This document shows positions 1 to 8,912 of a stretch of 64,000 nt of DNA, piece after piece. The notes below the pieces were generated by a model. That model searched no databases and was not told the DNA's origin. It was given only the letters and a program-made list of their open reading frames with translations. A program made the position numbers and the translations under genes. The DNA is from Squalus acanthias. Its lineage: Eukaryota. The stretch is taken from contig CM059431.1 of the NCBI GenBank assembly GCA_030390025.1, forward strand, positions 142,602,001 to 142,666,000, written 5' to 3'. How positions within the stretch are numbered: position 1 is the stretch's first letter; the number at the start of each line of letters is the position of its first letter.

Positions 1-49
1 TACTGTCAGCGGCTCTGAGGAACCCGGACTGTAAAATACATCTACTGGG
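1..49 (+). CDS. NLR (NACHT-LRR)/ribonuclease-inhibitor-like LRR exon, 5' end outside window
   Basis: Reads ..LSAALRNPDCKIHLL, followed by a GTAAGT donor at 50; paralogous to the end of the next exon. Confidence 0.8.
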
Positions 50-192
50 GTAAGTACCAGTCTGTGTGAGATTGTATTTATAATAACTGGATGTCTGACA
101 CTGTACATTATTATTAGTATCAGTAATAGTGTTATTAATAAACACTGGGGATTTACTCTGATTCCTGCTAATTTTTCTCTCTCTCCTCTCAG

Positions 193-363
193 GCTGGATA
201 ATAACGGTCTCACAGATTCTTGTACCAAGGACCTCGTCTCCGCTCTCAGTACAAACCGCTCACTGACGGTTCTGAACCTGAGTAATAATAAACTGGGAGA
301 TTCAGGAGTGAAACTACTGTCTGCGGCTCTGAGGGACCTGGACTGTAAAATACAGAAACTGGA
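193..363 (+). CDS. NLR-type LRR exon (171 bp)
   Basis: Polypyrimidine tract plus AG at 191-192 and GTAAGT at 364. The 171-bp length is typical of NLR LRR exons. Translates LDNNGLTDSCTKDLVSALSTNRSLTVLNLSNNKLGDSGVKLLSAALRDLDCKIQKL. Confidence 0.9.
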
Positions 364-444
364 GTAAGTACCAGACTGTGGGAGATTGTGTTTACAGTAA
401 CTGGATGTCTGACATTTTACACTATTATTAGTATCAGTAATAAT

Positions 445-1212
445 GGCCCAAAAATTCGGCCGTTCTCGGGTGAGTACTCAGTGCGTACTCACCCGTATTC
501 ATTTCTGAAGTGCCGGTTTCCTGCATGCACTGCGCATGCGCGGGAAACCGGCACTTCCGGTATGGCGAAGGGGGCGGTTCCTAGGTGAACCGCGTGCGCA
601 CTAGAGGCTGCGCGCACGCAGCACACTTAGGGTTTTTTTCAGGTTTCTACGCGAGGGTAAGTATTGAAGATTCTACGCTAGTAAAAAGGAGGCGTAAGAC
701 CCCTTTTGAACAAGGTAAGTAGTTAATTAAGTATAATTTTACATTTTTTTCAACAGGTTTATCTTTTTTAGAGACTTTAAAGAAAAGTAAGTTTATTTTT
801 ATAACTTTTAAAAAGTATTTTAATTTTTTCAAAATTTTAAATTTTTGTTTAAAGTGGTTAATTTATTTAACTATAGTTATTTTATTAATGTGATGGTTTT
901 TTTAAAAAATTTATTTGAGGTTTAGCTGTTCTTTTGGGGCCGATTTCAATTCACAGATTTGACAGGTCTCCTGTCAAATCGATGAATGAAAGATGGTCTG
1001 CTGCCATTGGCTCTCCATGGCCCACGTGATCCCAGGGGTCGCATCGCACTAACTGCGCCCCTGGGACAGGCAAGCACTGCGCGCCGGCAGTTGGGAGAGG
1101 CCCAGCAGGACCCGAGGTTCCTGTGGGGGCAAACAAGAACGGCAGACGCGGTAAGTGATATCGCGCGCGATCCTTACCCCTGCGGCAAGCCTCAGAATAG
1201 AATTTCTCGGCC
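445..1212. mobile_element. Non-autonomous Harbinger-type MITE in NLR intron
   Basis: TIRs GGCCCAAAAATTC / GAATTTCTCGGCC; AAT duplicated at 442-444 and 1213-1215. Removing the element restores a sequence almost identical to the preceding intron. Internal sequence is homologous to 25143-26060. Confidence 0.85.
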
Positions 1213-1273
1213 AATGTTATTAATAAACACTGGGGATTTACTCTGATTCCTGTTATTTCTCTCTGATCCCCAG

Positions 1274-1441
1274 GCTGGCTGATGTCGGTCTCACAGATTC
1301 TTGTGCCGAGGATCTCGTCTTCGCTCTCAGTACAATCCGTTCACTGATGGTTCTGGACCTGGGATCAAACTCCTTCACAGACCGATCTGTCCCCGCTCTC
1401 CGCCGACTCATATTGACCTGCAGGAGTCTGCAGTGGATCCG
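1274..1441 (+). CDS. NLR-type penultimate LRR exon
   Basis: CAG acceptor at 1271-1273 and GTGAGT donor at 1442; LADVGLTDSCAEDLVFALSTIRSLMVLDLGSNSFTDRSVPALRRLILTCRSLQWI. Confidence 0.88.
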
Positions 1442-1611
1442 GTGAGTGAATGTGTTAATGTTTAATGTAAGAAATAAAATATCAATGGGATTCAGTCACT
1501 AGTATGGGTAATAATTGTCTAATTATTATTGAAATATTAACCCCAGTCTCCCTGTTATTTACACTGTTGTTCAATCTGTTTATTTCCTGTTCAATCTTTA
1601 ATCTGTTTCAG

Positions 1612-1699
1612 ACTGTGGGGGAATCAGTTCAGTTCAACCGGAGAGAATCAGCTGAAGTCACTTCAGGGAACCAGACGCGGACTGAGTGTTGAAGTGTGA
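1612..1699 (+). CDS. NLR-type terminal coding exon
   Basis: TTTCAG acceptor ending at 1611; phase-compatible LWGNQFSSTGENQLKSLQGTRRGLSVEV, then TGA at 1697-1699. Confidence 0.8.
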
Positions 1700-2039
1700 A
1701 CTTTTCAATTGATGACTCACTGGTCTCATCATAGAACCATTTATGGCCGATTTTCTGCCCCTCCCCTTTAAGAGGCCGAGATCCAGGTTTAAATCCTATC
1801 GGCCCCTTTATGGTTTTCCAGCTCGAGCTGCGAGGGTGTCATCTCCCATTGTGAGGTCAGAGGCCCAGCCACAGGGTCCCGAGACTCAGCCGCCCGGCCC
1901 CACAGCGCTGCTTCTGCAGGATATCCGGGGCTGAATGTTCCCCAATGGGGCACTGGGGAAATGCACAGACAGGAAGGGCCCAGGGTGGGGCTCAGTCTGG
2001 GCTGCAGTGGGACACTGACAATTCCACTCAGTATTCCTG

Positions 2040-2985
2040 GGTGTCTCTCCCAATGAGGAGTCGGACTCTGTAACAAGTGTCCCTGTGTACAGTGTGTGTG
2101 TCTCCCAGTGAGGAGTGAGACTCTAACAAGTGTCCCTGTGTACAGTGTGTGTGAGATTGGGAAATGTTGGTGTTCAGAGGGACCTGGGTGTCCTTGTCCA
2201 TGAATCACTGAAAGTTAACATGCAGGTACAGTAAGCAATTAGGAAAGGAAATTATATGTTAACCTTTATTACAAGAGGATTATGGTATAAGAGTAAAGAC
2301 GTCTTACTGCAATTATATAGTGCACTGGTGAGACCACACCTGAAGTATTGAGTACAGTTTTGGTGGTCTTACCTAAGGAAGGATATACTTGCCATTGAGG
2401 GAGTGCAACAAAGGTTCACCAGACTGTTTCCTGGGATGGGGAGATTGTCCTACAAGGAGAGATTGAGTAGACTAGGCCTATATTCTCTAGACTTTAAAAG
2501 AATGAGAGTTGATCTCTTTGACAAAAACACAAAATTCTTAAAGGGATTGACAGGGTAGATGCAGGGAGGATGTTTCCCTTGCAGGGGAATCTAGAACAAG
2601 GGGTCGCAGTCTCAGAATAAGGGTTCCACCATTTGGACTGAGATGATCAGAAATTTCTTCACTGACGCTGGTGAATCTTTGGAATTCTCTACCCCAGAAT
2701 ACTGTGGAGGATCAGTCGTTGAGTATATTCAAGACAGAGATCGATAGAGTTTTGAATATTAAGGGAATCAAGGGATATGTGTATAATTTAGGAAAGTGGA
2801 GATGGGGTAGAAGATCAGCCATGTTCTTATTGAATGGCGGAGCAGGCTCGAAAAGTCAAATGGCCGACTCCTGCACCTATTTCTTATGTTCTTATGTAAC
2901 AAGTGCCCCTGTGTACAGTGTGTGTGTCTCCCAGTAAGGGGTCGGACTCTGCAACGAGTGTCCCTGTGTACAGTGTGTGTCTCTC
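2040..2985. repeat. ~51-bp minisatellite (GTCTCCCAGTGAGGAGTCGGACTCTGTAACAAGTGTCCCTGTGTACAGTGTGT) interrupted by CR1 and the provirus
   Basis: Units at ~2040-2152 and ~2895-2985; the unit resumes at 12417 after the provirus. Confidence 0.75.
2155..2897 (+). mobile_element. CR1-type LINE, 3' fragment
   Basis: Decayed RT C-terminus (QRDLGV.., RPHL.Y..QFW, NLWNSLP) ending in a (TTCTTATG)n tail. Confidence 0.85.
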
Positions 2986-4654
2986 TGTAAGGGTTTTGTG
3001 TGTGTGACACCGCCTGTGGCTCTGCTCAGCCTGGGTGCTAGTGCGAGGTTAGGCCTTGTTGCCTGTTCTAGTCTCCAGCCAGTCTGGGAGCACTAGACAC
3101 CTGTGAGTGCTTCGACCCACTCGCCCTTACGGTTCTGACACTGGACTTAGATGCGAGAGCCATAATGGAGAGAAAACTCAGGTAGACCCGGTTGAATGAT
3201 ACGAAATGGAAAATCTTTATTGCATATTATTCAAGATTACGAAATACATGTCATAAGCACAGATTAATGACAGTACAATCTTACACGCAGTTATGTAACT
3301 AATTTTAGGGAAACGAGGAACGAACGACACATCGTAAATGGGGGCACACATTACAGTTATCCTTAAAACTTAAACCCTCCCCTATCAATACCTGCTCTAA
3401 ACTAGATTTGTAGGATCGAGACTCATGCTCACCACTCGTGATAACTCGGAGAATTCCGAAAACTCTGCTCGGATGTTTTTACCGCAGCACCTGATCACCC
3501 ACGTGGGTGATCAGGGGTCTCTACCCCACTTGTTTACTCGTTTCTGCTCCGGCTAGCAGGCTGGACCGTCTGCTGTCATGAAGATCTGTGTTGTCCTCGG
3601 AGTTCTGACACGACTCGAAAAATAGTCTTCCTGTGCCCTCGCCCCGATGCGATAAAACTCGAAGAATGGTCTTCCGATGCCAGTTCTGTAAAACTCAAAA
3701 GATAGTCTTCCTGGGCAAGGAAAATGTCTATTCGACCTACAGGCGCGGTCGGGCTTACTGACCGTGGCGATACGTATAGTCGTCCTCTTCTCATCTCATC
3801 TCATCTCATCTCGGGCCTTCGGTTCCAACACCGTTTACCGACTTCTCGGGATGGTGTGCCCATTTCAAGGCTTCACAGCCCGGTTCCACACAGATCTTCG
3901 CGGCAAGCCACGAGGCTGATCCTGGCGGATCAGAAAGTTCAATAGTCTTCTAGCAAGTCGAGCAGCAAGAGGCAGATGCAAGAGTCAGAGTCGCAGGCGA
4001 AGAAAGAGTCAAGCGGCAAGAGGATAAGAGAAAGATGGACGGTTGGAGCTTACAGTTATAGTGCTGAAATTCCTCTTTTCCCGCCCAATCTTAATGTCTT
4101 TTCTTTTGTCAGAGTTTTGGCGCCCAAACTTCTTGTATAGGGTGATCTCCGTTTTAATGGGTTTCGGTGATACTCATAACTGCCTGTTAATACTTTTCCC
4201 ATTGTGTAACCGGTCAGTATTCTCCCTGGAGGGGTTTTGGGGCTTCCAAATGTTTCTGTAACTACCCGCAAACGGCTCTCTCATCGTAGAGTCGTGGAGA
4301 TTTTGCATGTTAATGTCTTTGGATGGGTTCTTGATCGCTTGGTACAATAGCCCTTATTCGCACCTGGGAGACCGATTCCAGTATTTATGTGTAAAATGCA
4401 AACCCATTATGTCTTGTGATTTATCTCAAATGTGATGAGTCTTGTCCGATCTCGCACAAATGTTTATTGGAACGCCATCTTGTCTGCTTATCGAAAAGTC
4501 TAGAATGTTCTGCCACGAGGTGTGGCGGCCATTTTACAGGCTGCTTGTGTCCACTTTGAAAACCTGACAGCATTCTGCTGAAATAAAGCTGTTTGAACGA
4601 AACTATGTGTTTTCTCCTTATTTATAAAATCGCGATTATATTGCGAATTCTACA
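2986..4654 (-). repeat. 3' LTR (1669 bp)
   Basis: Near-identical to 10725-12416; TG..CA termini; TATAA on the minus strand at ~4056-4060 and AATAAA at 3216-3221. Confidence 0.95.
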
Positions 4655-4666
4655 GTCCCTCCTGTT
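4655..4666 (-). promoter_or_regulatory. Polypurine tract
   Basis: Minus strand reads AACAGGAGGGAC immediately before the TG of the 3' LTR. Confidence 0.75.
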
Positions 4667-5104
4667 GATGCGAATAACTCCGCTTATCGTATCAAAAAAA
4701 TTGTGGTGAGCAATATTATCTCGATTTCTCCAGAACCAGAAAAATCCCCATAACTTAAACTATCTAGGGTCTTTGCGTCGTCCTTATTTCCCAGGAAAAT
4801 TACATTCTTATAACACCGCAGGCATTATTTGCCTTTAAAACTTACACCACTTGTTTTCCTTCCAGGCGTAACCAGGCCGATGCCTCTCGTATCACCTGTA
4901 TATTCACATTTTTTTATTCAGGGAAAAGTAAAACAAAACAAAACCAAACAATCACATTCAACAACAACACCATCACCAAAATAATCAAAAACCAACTCTT
5001 AAACATGTCGAGTTCCAAACGTAATTACAGTCTCTGAAAAATCACGATCGATTACAACACTTCCGAGGCGCACGTGGCAAACGGGAGTGACGCCATTTTT
5101 CTGA

Positions 5105-7456
5105 TTACACGGTGCTTTCATCGTGCACGCGCACGTAACGTTCTCGCCACTCTCCCGTGTTTTCGTTCTTGGTGAGGCGTTTGCCTCTCTTACAATGCAC
5201 GACCAATAAGTATACCACAATAAACACTTGGCATACAACTAAAATGTGGGAGGCTATTCTAATCCAGGAAGGCACTTCAATGTTGGTGAACAGATTCCAC
5301 CACGGTGGAATTACTATGTCCAGAATTTCTGTCCCTATCTCGACAGTTTTCTGTTCTAGTGTGTAAAAATGTTTTTGTGATACCGCGACGGCTTTCAAAA
5401 GCTTGGTGAGGTGTTCAGGGAGAGGGGGAATGAGGTATCCGAAATGCGCGACGAATCGCTGCAGGTCGGTGAAGTTCTCTTTTACGGTAAGATGAACCGT
5501 GGATGGTTCAGGGATTGGGACAATTCGCTGTTGTGCTACTTGAACTTCCGCCCTGGGTTTGAAACAGAAACTGCTGTCACTCACCGGACACCGGCTACGG
5601 TTTCCATGCTGGTAGTGTTGCGCTGCAGTGGTAACACAATATGTTCCACCCCCGATGTATGCTACCTGCGGAGGCACATGATCTTGTGCCATTGCCTCCA
5701 TGGTGCAATTCATGGGCTTGGCACCAGCCGTTCTGAACCCGCACTGTGGTGTTAAAAAGGCATTCAAGTGCTGGGGACACAGTATTATGTGTGCTCCCCT
5801 GCCACGACAACCAGAGAGATCGGTACCTGCCATCGTTTGCTCCCAGCGGATGACTTAAGGTGGAACCGCTGCATAGCGAATGTGTGCTCCCCCCTGAATG
5901 ACACCAATGTTCTCTACCCGATACACCGGGGCGGGCTTTGCTGTGTTGCCCAAAACCGGCATACGTAATACTATACCCATGATAGTATGGTTTGATCGTC
6001 CGCAGTCCACGGGGACTGGGTATGCTTCTGAAGCTAGCCTGAGCTGGCACGGGCTTAATGCGTTCTGAAAAGGGTGGAGCACCCGCAGGTGTTTGTTACT
6101 TATCCAGGACGGGACCAAACCTTGTTTTAAATCCTCCAAATTACTGCGGCCCTCGCCCAGTAACCACGCCCCGTAAAGCACGCACACCTCATTCTGCGCA
6201 GCCTGATCGGACGCATTCCGATCTTCCCTAATCAGGGCATTTACCGTTCTCGCGTGTTTCTCTAGTTCAGCTATTATTTCTTTTAAATGGAGAGTCATGG
6301 CCTGGTCCTCGTGTAACCCAGACCCAACCACCTTATTTTCATCTGTGAGAATGTCTTTTAATTGCGTTTTTAAGCCATTAATCTGGGTCTGCAGCTCCAC
6401 GCTGTCTAGAGCGTTGACCACAGATGTACCTGTGTTGAAAGCAGTGAACACGTCGTTCAAAACACCCCTTCTTTGCCTCCCCACCTGATCCAAAACTTCA
6501 TGTGGTGCGGTGTACAAACTTGTTTTATCAATTTCCGCGAAATCGAATTCGTAAAATTGTCTGAACATCTTGGTCAACAGGACCTGATATAACTGTTCCG
6601 TCTTTTTGGGGCACCACTCTGGTAACTGTACCTCGGTGAGATTTAAAATCAACGAGGCCACCGCGTAATGTACCCCCTGAAATAGTATCTGGTCTGTGGG
6701 GACCAGTACCAAACCATTCCCGGGTCCCTTACTGGTTTTAGGGCACCCTTCTTCCTTAGCTAGAACCACCGGAATCGTGGGCGGGGCTTTGCGTGGGCGC
6801 GTAATGAGTTCAGTGGCATTTACCGGGATCGGGGAGAATGGGGCTCCGCACCCCCTGGTGCTCGCATCCCACCTCATCCCCTGTCCGTTATCCTGCCATT
6901 GATTAATGAAAAATATGGAGATGCCTTTGGGGCAAACGTACTTTGACCCCCACATACATACATAAATTCCCTCATCCGGTTCCCACCATTTGTCCCAACA
7001 GACTCTCACTTGTCCGTTTGTCCCCGTAATTGTCCGATGGGTATTATTACCCAGTCGTTCCCACTCGACCGAAGAGTTCCTCATATTTTTGCTCAGCTTT
7101 CGTAGCCACCACCATCGGCTCAATGGGACATTCCCATTACAAGTCAAACAAATCCATTTGCCGACGGTGACGCTGATCCTGGGTGCGATGATCCTTACTT
7201 TGGGGCACAGTAAAGAAGTCTCTTGGTAGGCAAAACCCGATGTGCTGGAATACTCCGTTGAGTTCGTTCCCAGCCATCCTGGCCACCTTCCCTTGTGGAA
7301 ATAGGTGGTGGTCTCCTCAGCCTCCCGCCTTCCGGTCCCATCCACCGCGATGGGGGCCGTGTCCCCGGAGCATCCAAACACCACGACATCCTTGGTGTGG
7401 CCTCGATAGGCCAATCCGCATCCGATTGCCGCGAGCAATACTAGAATTCGTTCCAT
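5105..7456 (-). pseudogene. env: env: class-I-fusion-like envelope glycoprotein (~780 codons), one in-frame TAA at 5855-5857
   Basis: Signal peptide MERILVLLAAIGCGLA; Ig-like motif (V.L.C..W..DEGIYVC); furin site RQRR/GVLNDVFTAF; heptad repeat; Cys-rich ectodomain; TM WIRIASHILVVCQVFIVVYLLVV; basic tail. ORFs 5855..7567 and 5105..5833 are in the same frame. Confidence 0.85.
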
Positions 7457-7619
7457 CCTTCCTTGGTTCCTGTGATCAGATAGAATGAGGTAGCCAGCCT
7501 CGCAAGAGTCTCTGGCTTTTGTGAAGGGTGAGCGGGTCCCCTGACCTCGCCTCACGTAAGAAGACATGTGCGCTGGATAAACTTTAACTAATCCTATCTC
7601 AAAAAAACTCCCATCATTT

Positions 7620-7760
7620 TACTTTCTGTTAAACAAAATTAAACTACCGACTTAAACCTATTTTAAAACTATAACCTTATAACCTCATCTAAAACTATAA
7701 ACTTATTCTTAACCTGATTTAAAACTATAAACTTATAAAACTTATCCTAAACTTATTACT
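7620..7760. repeat. AT-rich short tandem repeats (AAACTATAAACTTAT-like) between ORF-X and env
   Basis: Repeated AAAACTATAA(A)C(C/T)TTAT units seen directly. Confidence 0.6.
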
Positions 7761-7792
7761 GTACAGCGCCGCCCGTTCCCAGGGCGGCCCAT

Positions 7793-8485
7793 TTAAATTC
7801 TGAAAAGGCTGCCACGAGCCTTTCCCGACGGTGGGAGGGCATTGACCCCTCCCTTTGATCTGCCGCAGCCTGTTGCTGCCTCGCTGGGACTGGGACCTGC
7901 CTGGGCTGCCTGAGCCTTGTGCCTACGCCTTGGGCCAGTCTGGGGACTTGACCATATCTTCCTGGGTTGGGGTATCCGACTTGACCTACGGAGAGCTACC
8001 GGGGGCAGGAACTCCAGGACCGACGGACCGGGTTCCGAGACTTCCACCGTGGCGACCTGTGGTCCCGCCACAGTCGCTGGCTCCGCCTCCCCTGGCTCCG
8101 CCTCCCTGAACTCGGGAACTGCAGCTTGTGGCACCGCCCTACTCGGCCCAGTAGGCGGCCCTTCACTCGCAGTCCCTACCTCCCTCGAGGGCAAGACGTC
8201 CAAGGCGGGCGGCTCGGGCTCTGAGGCTTCCATCGCCACGCCCTGTGGTCCCACCACAGCGGCTGGCTCCGCCTCCCCTAGCTCCTCCCCCCTGCGTTCG
8301 GGACCTGCAGCTTCGGCCTCCACCCTGTGTGGATCTCTATCTGCAGCCCCTGTCTCCCCTATACCTGAATCGGGGGCGACCCTTTTCGTCCTCCGATTCC
8401 AGCTCCTCCTCGCTTGTGTCACTATCTTCGTCGAGCTCCTCGAACTCTTCCTCATCTGACTCCCAACCCCAATAAAATATCTCAC
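7793..8485 (-). CDS. ORF-X part 2: Pro/Ala/Glu-rich, internally duplicated, basic C-terminus; function unknown
   Basis: 230-codon open frame with a duplicated GEAEPA.V.GPQ...E.SEP.P..L..LP unit and an LRRSSRIPQPRK motif; overlaps ORF-X part 1 in another frame. Confidence 0.55.
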   Translation of the reverse strand: MRYFIGVGSQMRKSSRSSTKIVTQARRSWNRRTKRVAPDSGIGETGAADRDPHRVEAEAAGPERRGEELGEAEPAAVVGPQGVAMEASEPEPPALDVLPSREVGTASEGPPTGPSRAVPQAAVPEFREAEPGEAEPATVAGPQVATVEVSEPGPSVLEFLPPVALRRSSRIPQPRKIWSSPQTGPRRRHKAQAAQAGPSPSEAATGCGRSKGGVNALPPSGKARGSLFRI

Positions 8486-8912
8486 ATTTTTCTAGGATGT
8501 CCTCTCCCCTGATGCAAGCTGCTTTGCCTGCCTGTGTGCCCTGTGGCCCTACCTGGGGCTGCGAGTCCCCACTCGCAGGTTTGGCCCCTGTGGTAGGCCC
8601 TTGTGCGCCCGGCTTATACAGTTTGCACTGATTTACGTCCTCATTCTCCCTGCTTCTGGCTACCCTGTAGGCTGCTTTTATTTCTCTAAGCTGTGCTTCT
8701 AGCATGAGCACGTCTAACTTTCCCATTAAGCGGGCGTTCTCCTCCCGCAGGGCCTGCTCTCTAAGCTGCCCTTCCAGCCCATCTATTTTCCCTATTAAGC
8801 GGGCGTTCTCCTCCCGCAAGGGCTGCTCTTTTAACCTGGCCTCCTCACAGGAGACCCCCTCCTGTGCGTGTCTTTTAAAAGGACACAGGTAGGCAGGCTG
8901 CGTGGGCTCTAG
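8337..8912 (-). CDS. ORF-X part 1: coiled-coil plus acidic tract, in frame with gag beyond the TGA
   Basis: Stop-free from 8912 to the stop at 8337-8339 in the gag frame; LREENARL repeated twice; acidic run ESDEEEFEELDEDSDTSEEELESEDE. Confidence 0.65.
   Translation of the reverse strand, partial: LEPTQPAYLCPFKRHAQEGVSCEEARLKEQPLREENARLIGKIDGLEGQLREQALREENARLMGKLDVLMLEAQLREIKAAYRVARSRENEDVNQCKLYKPGAQGPTTGAKPASGDSQPQVGPQGTQAGKAACIRGEDILEKCEIFYWGWESDEEEFEELDEDSDTSEEELESEDEKGRPRFRYRGDRGCR

Noticed and set aside
1745..1945. Possible small MITE after the NLR stop
   Set aside because: The terminal inverted match is weak and there is no convincing TSD.
3576..4271. Short ORFs inside the LTRs
   Set aside because: Short, without domains, and their frames differ between the two LTR copies because of indels.
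7917..8459. 180-aa antisense ORF opposite ORF-X
   Set aside because: Likely a shadow of GC-rich repetitive coding sequence; no ATG start and no independent support.
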